Positions 1 to 8,827 of a stretch of DNA of 20,000 nucleotides are shown here, piece by piece. The notes below the pieces were generated by a model, which was given only the letters and a program-made list of their open reading frames with translations, did not search any database and was not told the origin of the DNA. Made by a program: the position numbers and the translations under genes. The DNA is from an uncultured virus (IMG/VR IMGVR_UViG_3300037418_003661) (Duplodnaviria > Heunggongvirae > Uroviricota > Caudoviricetes): the IMG/VR virus record IMGVR_UViG_3300037418_003661; one strand, given 5' to 3'. The number at the start of each line of letters is the position of its first letter. Position 1 is the first letter of the stretch.

Positions 1-2
1 AC

Positions 3-3000
3 CGTGCGGAGGTGGAATCGCGCTGGTTGCGCGGCAAGCCCTTCGTCTATGGAACCGGCCGCATCTTCGCCGATCCCACAAGCGCACAGGGCTGGTTGTC
101 CAACGCAAGTGTCCCCGACATGGGTAAGCGCCCCGCTACCCTCGACTTGGCTATGGGTCAACAGATGCTCGCCCGCGTACGCGCGGAGGAAGCCGCCGAC
201 CGAGTCGTCGAGAACTCCATCCCGGACGCCTCCGCCGAGAGCGATGGCAGCCGAACCCAGCCCGAGGACCGCGACGCCGAACGCGACGGGTTGACGCGCC
301 CCGAGAAGGGCGATGTCTTCAAGAAGACGGAGATCATCCCCGCGGATGCCCCGCGCCCCATCGGCGAGAGCGTGTGGGGCAAGGCCGAAGATCTCTTGCC
401 TAGTGATGCCGACCTCGTCCGCAGCACCTTCGAGGAAGCCGAGCGCTTCGTCGATACGGCCACTCATGAGATGGCGAAGCGCAACGAGGACATGCTGGCC
501 GACGGTCGGCGCACGTCCCCGAAGCCTCCCAAGATCACCGAGACCACGACGAAGAACGCCTTCGTGCGCACCTTCGACGCGTCGGGTCAGGTCACGTCGG
601 CCGACCACTTCACGTACAGCGTCAAGCCCGCGGCTACCCGCAGCATGAGTGTCGGGTGGCGGGATCATCCCGACTACATGGGACCTGTCCCCGGTTCGCA
701 GCTGGAACCACTGGTCCCACCCGAAGATCCCGTATTCAAGCCTCGCCAGGGTTGGACACGTACACCCGACAAGTACCAGATCCGTGAGTTCTACCACGAC
801 ATCGCCACCGCACGATCGGTTGCAGCGGTCACGGGTGGGCGCGTGTCGATGGTTGAAGCAGGTGTCGCGGGTCCCGAATCCCTGGCCATGGTCACCTACC
901 TCAACAAGCGCTACAACAAGGCAGCATCGGTGGGTGCCGATCCTGTCCGTGCCCAGTACGATGGTTACACCTTCACCTCGCGCCGCAGTCTCGATGCGTT
1001 CGTGCAACGTAAGCTGGCTGACGCCTACGAGGCGCCCAGGCGCCCATGGGAGGGTGGTGTTCGCATCAACATGGGGCTGGTGGCCGGTGATTACCACCAG
1101 AACAGCTTGGGACCTGACGGGCGCCCTGTCGCACGTCCAGGTTACATCAGCAAGGGCATGCGCCCGGCTACCCCCGAAGATGTTGCCCGGTTCAACGATG
1201 AAGCTGCCAACATTCAGGCACGTACTCGCGCATCGCAAGAGCGTTACGCGGGGCTGGACGGCAACCGCGACGACTACCGCACGGGTGTCGCCCGTTCGCT
1301 CGTGTCGGACGGTCTGTCCTCGCCCGACTTCGAGCAGGGCGACCGTTCGGCGTGGGAGATGCAGCGCGCGGGTGATCTCATGGAAGACCGGATCGACGCG
1401 GCCATGTACGGCGGCACCATCGATCCCATCACCGGCTTCCGCAGCACGGAGGTCTCCAAGAGCTTGATGCCCAGCGGCTTCGGAGACGATGCGCTGGGTC
1501 GTCCCGAGATGCTGTCGTCCGAGGTGCACTTCTTCACACGCAGCCACGAGGAAGCGCTGCTGATGGCGCGCCGCCGCTCCGGCCACATCGCCAAGGTCGA
1601 GACGGCACCGACACCTTACTACGAGTTCACCTTGAAGCCGTACAATGCTCGTCCCGACGCCAAGCGTCTTCGCTCTATGCTCGGACGCAAGGCGGGGTAC
1701 GTCAACGCGGACCAGCTCTACCTGGAGGCGATGAACCTCCCCAGCGACTACTACTCGCAGCGGCGCATCTCTTCCGACCCGCACGCCGAGGCAGGACGCA
1801 TCGCCAAGGCGCTGGGTGCTGGTCTCGAAGCCTTCCGGCTCTCCGACATGAGTCGCTTCGTCGACGTGGCGGCGATCGTCAACGAAGGCACCGACGCGGT
1901 GATCGGCTACAAGCTGACGTATGCCAAGGACATCACCCGCATCAACCACGGCGACGCATCGTTGTCGGCAGGTCCGCTGGGCGGTGGCGAGAAGATCCAG
2001 TACATGCACATCAAGCGCTCGGATGGTACCGAAGAGTCGGGCCACTTCGCCTGGCGCGATGGTCAGTGGGTCAAGACCTCGCGTCCGCACCGCGGCGCCG
2101 AGAACGTCATCGACATGGTCGCCGATCACGAGCAGACCGCCTACATTTCGTGGAACAAGCAAGGCGAGCTGACGATCCGTGCCTACACCGAGTCCGAAGC
2201 CCAACGCATCTCCGGCATCTTGCGCGAGCGCGACCCCCACATTCAGCTCAACGCCAAGATCGGCAAGAGCACCGAAGCCTACGACGTGCGCTTCTACGAC
2301 AAGGAGTTCGACTACACCGGCAAGACCCCGGCACGCGAGCCTAAGTTGCCCGAGGCGGGTGTGGACCAGCTGTACCCCGACCGGGTGCCGTCCAGCTCCC
2401 CTTTGGCGCCTACTAACCGTCCTCAGGTCTCCCGTCAACAGGGCGCACCGCTGGGGCAGCTGGTCTCGCCCTCTACACCGGGTCTGTCGCCCCTCAACAC
2501 CCGTACGGCAGCAGCCATCCCCGTCACCACGACGCGGGTGGGTGCTGCAGGCGACCGCAACTCTAGCTGGTGGTCGCAGCCCGAACACGTCTTTGCACTG
2601 CGCGGGTTGGACCGGCTCTCGTCTGCGGCACCCCTTGGTGCTTTGGTGATGGACGCGGAACCGGCCATTGCCCGTACAGTACATCCCGATCCTTACGTGA
2701 GCGACCCCCGCCGCGAGGAAACCACCCAGCGTTGGGCGGTGAACCAGCAAAACCGGGCAATCGCCCAAACGCGTGAACGCGAGATGTTCGCGCGCGAGGA
2801 AGCCGCACACGTCTCGCCACTCTCCAACACCGAGCTGCACGCACGCACGTTGCTGGGCGCCCTGCCCGGCTCTGGGTTCGCCGTGGGTCACGTTGGCCGT
2901 GCCGCCTTCGGTTACGCCGCGGGTGCGGCTTTGGGTGGTTTGCTAGGTACCAGCGGCAGTGGTCTCAGCGGCAGCGATCAGTTCTCCGCCGCAGCCGAAG

Positions 3001-3506
3001 GTGCGCTGTGGGGTGCCATGGGGAACAACCCGCGCGCGTTGATGTTTGGTTTGCGGTCGCACGTCGGCCAGCAGTCCCGCGACGAGATCGAGGGAACCCT
3101 GGGCACCATGGTCGTGGGCTTGGGCGTCGGCACACCGGTCAGCGCACTGGTCGAGCACCGCATCACACGCAGCCGCGGCGGTGCCGCCGGTCAGATCGCA
3201 GGCTTCGTGGCAGGTGCGGCTATTTGGTCGATGGCCGAACTGGGTCGTGGGCTCATCACCGGTTGGCGCGGACGCGCTGCCGCCGCGGCCAGCAACACCG
3301 TCAATCAGACGGCGCTCGCCACGTCGACGGACCGCGCACGCGACCTGGCACAGGAGTCGTCGGACGAGTTCGAGAACTTCGACATCGAGTTCCAGGACGA
3401 GCAAGGCAACGTCCTGGATGTCGACTTCGAGGATGACGAACGCAGCGTGACCGAGGTGGTCGACGAAGACGGTGAGGACTTCGCCTTCGACCTGGAAGTC
3501 GCCTAG
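3..3506 (+). CDS. Very large hypothetical protein, 5'-truncated (>1164 aa); possibly a virion/ejection protein
   Basis: Frame is open from the window edge, with GC3-rich codons. The C-terminus has Gly/Ala-rich hydrophobic segments (e.g. AAFGYAAGAALGGLLG, AGQIAGFVAGAAIW) and a very acidic tail. The function is only inferred. Confidence 0.85.
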   Translation, partial: RAEVESRWLRGKPFVYGTGRIFADPTSAQGWLSNASVPDMGKRPATLDLAMGQQMLARVRAEEAADRVVENSIPDASAESDGSRTQPEDRDAERDGLTRPEKGDVFKKTEIIPADAPRPIGESVWGKAEDLLPSDADLVRSTFEEAERFVDTATHEMAKRNEDMLADGRRTSPKPPKITETTTKNAFVRTFDASGQVTSADHFTYSVKPAATRSMSVGWRDHPDYMGPVPGSQLEPLVPPEDPVFKPRQGWTRTPDKYQIREFYHDIATARSVAAVTGGRVSMVEAGVAGPESLAMVTYLNKRYNKAASVGADPVRAQYDGYTFTSRRSLDAFVQRKLADAYEAPRRPWEGGVRINMGLVAGDYHQNSLGPDGRPVARPGYISKGMRPATPEDVARFNDEAANIQARTRASQERYAGLDGNRDDYRTGVARSLVSDGLSSPDFEQGDRSAWEMQRAGDLMEDRIDAAMYGGTIDPITGFRSTEVSKSLMPSGFGDDALGRPEMLSSEVHFFTRSHEEALLMARRRSGHIAKVETAPTPYYEFTLKPYNARPDAKRLRSMLGRKAGYVNADQLYLEAMNLPSDYYSQRRISSDPHAEAGRIAKALGAGLEAFRLSDMSRFVDVAAIVNEGTDAVIGYKLTYAKDITRINHGDASLSAGPLGGGEKIQYMHIKRSDGTEESGHFAWRDGQWVKTSRPHRGAENVIDMVADHEQTAYISWNKQGELTIRAYTESEAQRISGILRERDPHIQLNAKIGKSTEAYDVRFYDKEFDYTGKTPAREPKLPEAGVDQLYPDRVPSSSPLAPTNRPQVSRQQGAPLGQLVSPSTPGLSPLNTRTAAAIPVTTTRVGAAGDRNSSWWSQPEHVFALRGLDRLSSAAPLGALVMDAEPAIARTVHPDPYVSDPRREETTQRWAVNQQNRAIAQTREREMFAREEAAHVSPLSNTELHARTLLGALPGSGFAVGHVGRAAFGYAAGAALGGLLGTSGSGLSGSDQFSAAAEGALWGAMGNNPRALMFGLRSHVGQQSRDEIEGTLGTMVVGLGVGTPVSALVEHRITRSRGGAAGQIAGFVAGAAIWSMAELGRGLITGWRGRAAAAASNTVNQTALATSTDRARDLAQESSDEFENFDIEFQDEQGNVLDVDFEDDERSVTEVVDEDGEDFAFDLEVA

Positions 3507-4600
3507 GCCCCGCCCCCAGCGCCTGTGGTGCCCGTCGTGGTCGGCATCTGTTGCGCGATCTCCTGACGGACCTGCTTCGACCAGCCATCGATCACATCCA
3601 CCACGGACAGGATCGCCTTCTTGGTCTCTTCGTTGTCCACGCGGTTGATGCGCAGAGCCAGGAACGCCGGGGTCATGCTGTCCTTGAAGAACTTCTGCAG
3701 CTCTTCGAAGGACTTCTTGACGTCTGCCTTCGCCTGGCCGACGGGCGAGTGCATGAACCGCTCCAGGTTCTGCCGTGCCTTCGACGCATCTGCCGCCACT
3801 TCGCGCAGCTGCATCTCGACCGTCTCCTTGGCCTGTGTCGCCTGCTCCAGCTGGATCTTGAGCTTGCCGATCTCCGGGTCGCCCTCGCCGATCTTGGTGG
3901 CCGCCTCGTGCAGCTTGACCTGCCCCGACAACTCCGTCACGCGCGCGGCGCGCTCGTTGACGTCCGTCTGGAGCTGCTTGGTCTGCTCGTCCATCTGGGT
4001 GATGCGACTCTGCAACTCGTCCGCGCGCTCCGCTGCTTCGGCCGCGCCCATCTCGCGTGCCTTCTTGAGCTGGTCGTCGAGCTGCTTGCGCAGCTTGGGC
4101 GACGTCTCCGCCAAGCTCTTGAGGTCGAGGTCGACCTTGCCCGCGTTGGCGGCCGAGATCAGCTCGCGCGTGTCCTTGGTGTTGAGCTGGGCGGCCGACA
4201 CCACGCGCGCCAGCTTGGCAACGTCTTCCGGCGTGCTGTTGTGGAAGTTGAAGCGCGCGACCTCGCGGAAGTGCCGGAACGTGAGGTTCATCGGCACCGC
4301 TTCGGCGTCCTTGAAGACGTCCGCGACCTGGATCATCCGGTTCGCGTAGTCCTTGCTGTAGGCGAAGTGCTCGCACCACTTCTCCCAGGCACCGGTCACG
4401 CCCTTGTCCTTGAGGATGGTGCGGATCGAGCCCAGCTTCCTACCCATCTCCCAGAGCGCCCGACCAGCGACCGCCTCCAGGTTGACGACGTCCTCGGTCA
4501 GCGACCGCACGAGCGCGGCGCTGTCCTCGCTGACGTTCAGCCCCTGCAAGAACGCGTGCTGATCCGCCTGCTGGGCGACCAGCTCCGAACCCTTAGCCAC
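3503..4600 (-). CDS. DUF3102-like N-terminal domain plus long coiled coil (365 aa)
   Basis: GTG start at 4600 with GAGGAGG SD, coupled to the upstream gene. LWEMGRKLGSIRTIL..GAWEKWCEHFAYSKDYANRMIQVA resembles phage DUF3102. The C-terminal half is heptad-rich. Confidence 0.8.
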   Translation of the reverse strand: MAKGSELVAQQADQHAFLQGLNVSEDSAALVRSLTEDVVNLEAVAGRALWEMGRKLGSIRTILKDKGVTGAWEKWCEHFAYSKDYANRMIQVADVFKDAEAVPMNLTFRHFREVARFNFHNSTPEDVAKLARVVSAAQLNTKDTRELISAANAGKVDLDLKSLAETSPKLRKQLDDQLKKAREMGAAEAAERADELQSRITQMDEQTKQLQTDVNERAARVTELSGQVKLHEAATKIGEGDPEIGKLKIQLEQATQAKETVEMQLREVAADASKARQNLERFMHSPVGQAKADVKKSFEELQKFFKDSMTPAFLALRINRVDNEETKKAILSVVDVIDGWSKQVRQEIAQQMPTTTGTTGAGGGA

Positions 4601-5192
4601 TGACTGCCTCCTCGCTGTCGACCAGCGTGCCGTTGACGACTTCGATGTCGGAGATCGCCACGGTGATCTCCATCGTGGGGACTTCCTTCTTGACGCCCGC
4701 CGCGTGGACGTGCAGGATCTCGCCGTAGACTTGATCCTCTTCGTCGTCCTTGACAAAGTTGATGCGCAGGATCTTCGTCTCGCGCTCGCCCTTCACTCCG
4801 TTCAGCACGTCGACGATGTCGGCTTTGTAGGCGCCCTTGCAGATCACCATCATGTAGTCCGGCATCGGAACCTTGCCTTCGGCGATGCACTCGACATCGT
4901 CGAAGAACAGGCCGCGCTCGAACCAGAAGACGCTCTGCAGCAGGTCCAAGGTGTAAGACATCGGCCCGTGCTTCAAGCCGCTGAAGTCGATGTCGAAGCC
5001 CTGCAACGGGTCGGGACCCACGGGGAAGTTCAGCGGGCGCTCGTACTCCTCCTTCGGCAGGTTCCCGAAGGACGCCTTCATCAGCTCGACTTCCTCGTCG
5101 GTAGGGACAGCAGGCTCCTCGGGGAGTCCGGCCTTCAGACGAGCTGCTTGCAGATCGTCGGGGATGCGGTAGGGGTCTTCCTTATGCGTCAT
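4593..5192 (-). CDS. Hypothetical acidic protein (199 aa)
   Basis: ATG at 5192 after GAGAGGAG SD; codon bias matches neighbours; overlaps the start of the next gene. Confidence 0.8.
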   Translation of the reverse strand: MTHKEDPYRIPDDLQAARLKAGLPEEPAVPTDEEVELMKASFGNLPKEEYERPLNFPVGPDPLQGFDIDFSGLKHGPMSYTLDLLQSVFWFERGLFFDDVECIAEGKVPMPDYMMVICKGAYKADIVDVLNGVKGERETKILRINFVKDDEEDQVYGEILHVHAAGVKKEVPTMEITVAISDIEVVNGTLVDSEEAVSG

Positions 5193-5194
5193 GA

Positions 5195-5452
5195 CTAGGT
5201 TTCTCCTCTCAACACCTGCTGTAGTAGCACCACCACACGCTGCGCCCACTCACGGAGCTGTGGCGTCATGTCTCGCGTGAAGCGAGACGCCAACTTGTCG
5301 TACAAGAGCGAAGGCTCGCGCAAATTGTAGAACCGCCACATCTGCTCGATGAGCTTGCCCTTCGTCTGTCCGCTTTGGGTCAGGTGCGCGTCGATCTCCT
5401 TCTGGATCTGTGGATCGAGGTAGCAGCTGAATTGGGGTTTGTTGGTGCCCAT
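5195..5452 (-). CDS. Ribbon-helix-helix (CopG/Arc-like) DNA-binding protein (85 aa)
   Basis: N-terminal KPQFSCYLDPQIQKEIDAHLTQSGQTKGKLIEQMWRFY fits the beta-strand/helix/G-x-T/helix RHH pattern. Confidence 0.7.
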   Translation of the reverse strand: MGTNKPQFSCYLDPQIQKEIDAHLTQSGQTKGKLIEQMWRFYNLREPSLLYDKLASRFTRDMTPQLREWAQRVVVLLQQVLRGET

Positions 5453-5462
5453 CCGTTACCTT

Positions 5463-5634
5463 CTAGTTCAGGTCCAGCTTGGCGTCTAGCGAATGCTTCG
5501 CCAAGCGGATCTCGTCGGCTGAGATGACAACCGTCTCATGACGACCGTACTCCTTTGGATCTTCCACCGCCAAACGGGGGAAGCACTCCAGGCTACAGTA
5601 CAAGTCGAGGGGGCATCACGATGACTCGTTGCAT
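5463..5634 (-). pseudogene. Small gene (~56 aa) interrupted by a one-base frameshift in a C5 run
   Basis: AGGAG-7nt-ATG at 5634 gives only 13 codons. Removing one base of the run at 5609-5613 gives MQRVIVMPLDLYCSLECFPRLAVEDPKEYGRHETVVISADEIRLAKHSLDAKLDLN, which ends at TAG 5463 just before the RHH gene. Confidence 0.5.
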
Positions 5635-5661
5635 GTGGTCGCTCCTAGGATCAACAAAGCT

Positions 5662-5717
5662 ACTGTACCACGACTTCCATGGAAGGTCTAGCACTTCCAC
5701 CTACTTTGTGCTAAAGT
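5662..5717. promoter_or_regulatory. Back-to-back sigma70-like promoters with overlapping -35 boxes and inverted repeats
   Basis: Minus strand: TAGACC(5690-5685)-17 nt-TACAGT(5667-5662) with TG extension. Plus strand: TAGCAC(5689-5694)-17 nt-TAAAGT(5712-5717) with TG extension. Palindromes TTCCATGGAA and TGGAAG-N8-CTTCCA. Lies between divergent operons. Confidence 0.55.
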
Positions 5718-5738
5718 AGCGACCAGCAAAGGAGAACC

Positions 5739-6026
5739 GTGGTGAACTGGGACACGCAGCCTAACACCCGTGCGGTTCTCCTCGCACTCGATCCTGTCCT
5801 GTGTGAGCTAGCGTTTGCTCGTCGGATCAACTTCGTCCGGGACGCCATCCAATCGGTCATCGCCTTCTGTACGGTGACCAACCAGAAGGTTCCCGAGCAC
5901 GCCATGGTGATCGACTGGCAAGAGCAGCTGGTCTTCATCGACCACCCCACCCCTGTCGACAAGATGCGGTGGTACCAGGTCATCACCCAGATGCTCTTCA
6001 TCAAGAACCAAGGAGGCTCTCTGTGA
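5739..6026 (+). CDS. Hypothetical protein (95 aa)
   Basis: AAAGGAG SD; GTGA overlap with the next gene. Confidence 0.7.
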   Translation: MVNWDTQPNTRAVLLALDPVLCELAFARRINFVRDAIQSVIAFCTVTNQKVPEHAMVIDWQEQLVFIDHPTPVDKMRWYQVITQMLFIKNQGGSL

Positions 6027-6262
6027 GCGACCGCACCAACGATCTGGCCCGTCTCCACAACCGTCTCTACGAGGCGTATGGTCCCACCTCCGGCATCCAG
6101 TTCCTCGCCGTCATCGGTCCGAAGTTGGACCCCGAAGTCAGTGTCATGAACTTGGAGAAGGCGCTGGACACCATCAACCACTACGCGGCGAACCCGGAGC
6201 TTCGCCATAGTCAATTGTTGTCTTTCCTCCCCCTCAACACCTTGTTCACCGTTACCCTCTAG
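6023..6262 (+). CDS. Hypothetical protein (79 aa)
   Basis: AAGGAGG SD, GTG start overlapping the upstream TGA; MSDRTNDLARLHNRLYEAYG... Confidence 0.7.
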   Translation: MSDRTNDLARLHNRLYEAYGPTSGIQFLAVIGPKLDPEVSVMNLEKALDTINHYAANPELRHSQLLSFLPLNTLFTVTL

Positions 6263-6278
6263 TTGGAAGGAGTCTCCC

Positions 6279-6740
6279 GTGACCCGCATCAAGCCCAAAC
6301 TCAAGGCGCCCGTTCAGAGTCCCGAGCAGCAGCGTCGGACCGAGCTGATCCAGGCTCACGTCGACCGTGTCTTGCAGGCGGCCGACAAGAGCGAGATCCC
6401 GGTTCCCAAGGCGACCTGCGCGCGTGTCATCACGCAGCAGACGATCGACTACCTGAACCGTCGGCTCTACGGCGTCAAGACGGTGGACAAGCGCGTCAAG
6501 GCAGACATTGCCAAGGCGATCGTCGTCATCAAGGAATCGTTCGCCGAGAACGCGGTGCCGTTGCCCACGAGCATCATGGACAGCTGGGTGGGTGGTCGCG
6601 TCCACCTGCGTCTGACCTTCAAGAAGTCGGACGATCTGCAGATGGCGATCGAGCAGCTGCAAGCACTCCCGCCAGCTGACGACGAGACCGCCAAGGCGAT
6701 CGAAGAGACCATCGCGGGCTTCCGTCGGGAGAAGCACTAG
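6279..6740 (+). CDS. Hypothetical protein (153 aa)
   Basis: AAGGAG SD, GTG start, typical codon bias. Confidence 0.8.
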   Translation: MTRIKPKLKAPVQSPEQQRRTELIQAHVDRVLQAADKSEIPVPKATCARVITQQTIDYLNRRLYGVKTVDKRVKADIAKAIVVIKESFAENAVPLPTSIMDSWVGGRVHLRLTFKKSDDLQMAIEQLQALPPADDETAKAIEETIAGFRREKH

Positions 6741-6869
6741 ATGACGATGCACAGCAAGGTCTGCACCTGCGGCAAGACTTTCCAGACTGCCGATCCCAAG
6801 CGGGTTCAGTGCCCGACCTGCCAACCACCTCCGCAGGTGCAGGTGATGTCGGAGAGTCACAACCGTTAA
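6741..6869 (+). CDS. Small Zn-ribbon protein (42 aa), not in the ORF track
   Basis: ATG directly after the upstream TAG; MTMHSKVCTCGKTFQTADPKRVQCPTCQPPPQVQVMSESHNR (CxC..CxxC). Confidence 0.6.
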   Translation: MTMHSKVCTCGKTFQTADPKRVQCPTCQPPPQVQVMSESHNR

Positions 6870-6890
6870 GGGACTCCAAGAACAACAGAT

Positions 6891-6925
6891 GGGACCCATC
6901 GCTTAGGCGATGGGTCCCTTTTCTT
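6891..6925 (+). terminator. Rho-independent terminator
   Basis: GGGACCCATCGC-TTAG-GCGATGGGTCCC, a perfect 12-bp stem followed by TTTTCTT, at the end of the operon. Confidence 0.85.
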
Positions 6926-7291
6926 ATACGGCGTCGCGCCCTGTGAGCAGCACAAGGACCCAGCAGCATGGTGTGGTTCCTGCTGGGTCCCTGTACGCAT
7001 CCCCAAGCCCACCGTCCGCGGTAGGACTCTACCTTTGTTGTACCACAAGAGTAGGTGGAAGTACACCTACTTTGGTTTCAAAAGTATGCATGGTTGTACG
7101 AGCCAAGGCGGGGCCTCTGGCCCCACCCCCCTACCCCCTTAGGTCGCGCGAAACACGACCTGGGTACGGTGGGGCCTCTGGCGATCGCCGTACTACCCGG
7201 CGTAACCAGACTACAACCCCTTGCGATCGCCGTTGCCTGACCGCCGTGGTACAGGCTTGCCGATCGCCTGCCGAGAGGAGCGTTACACACC

Positions 7292-7612
7292 ATGAACGAC
7301 ACCATCAACACGCACGACAAGGTCACCGCTGCTGCCGAGGCTTGGCTCGACCGCTACTTCGCTGGCGATCGCCCTGCCTACGTCACCGACCAGCTGCTCG
7401 CTGGCTTCCGGTGGATGTTCATCGAGCAGCTCCGCGGCTCCTACACCTGCCGGGAGGCGCACGACGAGGTCTACGGCGCGGACGAGTTGGAGCTGGGTGC
7501 AAGCCCGAAGGGCTTCAAGCTCTACCTCTACGAGCTGGCTGACGCCATCGAGGCTGCACGCGCAGCGAAGCGCTTGGCGATCGCCCTCCGCGAGGAGGAA
7601 GCCCAGGGCTAG
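7292..7612 (+). CDS. Hypothetical protein (106 aa)
   Basis: GCCGAGAGGAG SD and ACACCATG leader; strong codon bias. Confidence 0.8.
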   Translation: MNDTINTHDKVTAAAEAWLDRYFAGDRPAYVTDQLLAGFRWMFIEQLRGSYTCREAHDEVYGADELELGASPKGFKLYLYELADAIEAARAAKRLAIALREEEAQG

Positions 7613-7620
7613 CGATCGCC

Positions 7621-7674
7621 GGTGCGTGGGTGCCCTGTTCTTGCCCTTGGCAAGAAGACGCCCACCCACGCACC
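7621..7674 (+). repeat. Structured intergenic element, copy 1
   Basis: GGTGCGTGGGTG/CACCCACGCACC 12-bp stem, CCCTG/GACGCC internal loop, TTCTTGCC-CTT-GGCAAGAA apical stem; repeated at 8773. Confidence 0.8.
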
Positions 7675-7974
7675 CCACACCGCGCAGCTGGCCTGCCCGG
7701 CTACCGCCGGATGGTTGGCGATCGCCTCGAACGGCGAACCAAGGAGCCGCCATTCGGCGGACCGGAACAAGGCCGGGGCTCACGCCCCTAAGACCCCACG
7801 ATTGCCAGTCTACTGCGAACACGCAAGCACGCCGTGCACGCAAGGCTGGCGCGCTTCGCGCATTACATGGGTGTGCTTGCACGCCCGCAGTTCACCCAAG
7901 CAATCCTCGTTGATTGCATGGGACGCCGCTGACGCGGCTAAGGGTCGCGTCACCTAGCCGAAAGGACCACACCG

Positions 7975-8724
7975 ATGACCACTACCGCTACCAAGCCGCT
8001 TCGCCCCTTCCAGATCGCCCTCGCCGAGGCCAAGGCGCTCGCGATGGCGACCGGCAAGGTCCACACCGTCACCGCCGACAAGGTCGGCCGCGCGATCGCC
8101 GCGCCTGCCGCCAAGGTCAAGATGGCCCGCGAGCAGCGCGAGCTGGAAGGCAACACCGCGGATGACCGCGCGGAGAACAACTGGACCGAGAACGACTCCG
8201 TCGGCCTGTCCTACCAGGTGGAGGGTGACCTGGACGCCCAGCTCGATCGCGACGCCAAGGCGTTCGCTGGCTGGTACGTCGAGCAGCACACCGCGCGGTT
8301 CGCCTCGCTGGGCAGCGCCAAGCGCTTCGCCCGGAGCGTGACCCGCGACGAGTCGCCCGCCCGCATCCAGCGCAAGCGCGTCGACTACACGGTCGGCTTC
8401 GCGCCCTGCGCCACCTGGTCGCAGGGGCGCAGCTGGCGGCTGCACCGCTACGAGTTCGTGGTCACCTACACGACCCGCGTGTGCTACGCGGCCGAGGGCG
8501 ACTACGACTTCGTGCCCGAAGAGCGCGTCGTCGAGTACGACTGCAGCGGTCCCGCGTACGTGGAGGCGCCGCACTGGGACGTCGACTTCAGCTCCTACCC
8601 GGAGTGGGAGCCGATCGCCCACGCGCCTGCCGACTGGTCGGCCAGCTACCTGGCTGCGGGTCGCGCGCACGTCAAGTGCGCCGCGCAGCACACCACGGGC
8701 GCCTGCACGGTGTGCGGGCGCTAA
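7975..8724 (+). CDS. Hypothetical protein (249 aa) with C-terminal Cys/His metal-binding motif
   Basis: CTAGCCGAAAGGAC..CACACCGATG leader; ends in KCAAQHTTGACTVCGR. Confidence 0.85.
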   Translation: MTTTATKPLRPFQIALAEAKALAMATGKVHTVTADKVGRAIAAPAAKVKMAREQRELEGNTADDRAENNWTENDSVGLSYQVEGDLDAQLDRDAKAFAGWYVEQHTARFASLGSAKRFARSVTRDESPARIQRKRVDYTVGFAPCATWSQGRSWRLHRYEFVVTYTTRVCYAAEGDYDFVPEERVVEYDCSGPAYVEAPHWDVDFSSYPEWEPIAHAPADWSASYLAAGRAHVKCAAQHTTGACTVCGR

Positions 8725-8733
8725 TTCAACCCC

Positions 8734-8763
8734 AGGGCGATCGCCGCGGATGGCGATCGCCCT
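8734..8763 (+). other. Hairpin built from two HIP1 decamers
   Basis: AGGGCGATCGCC-GCGGAT-GGCGATCGCCCT, just downstream of the TAA at 8724; no U-tract. Confidence 0.65.
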
Positions 8764-8772
8764 AAAGCCCAT

Positions 8773-8827
8773 GGGTGCGTGGGTGCCCTGTTCGTGCTGC
8801 AGCACGAAGACGCCCACCCACGCACCC
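8773..8827 (+). repeat. Structured intergenic element, copy 2
   Basis: GGGTGCGTGGGTG/CACCCACGCACCC stem, same internal loop as copy 1, apical stem TTCGTGC-TGCA-GCACGAA with a compensatory change. Confidence 0.8.

Noticed and set aside
6580..6680. ParB C-terminal dimerisation-like motif in the 153-aa protein
   Set aside because: Resemblance is limited to a short beta-beta-alpha pattern; no ParB N-terminal GxxR motif and no parA.
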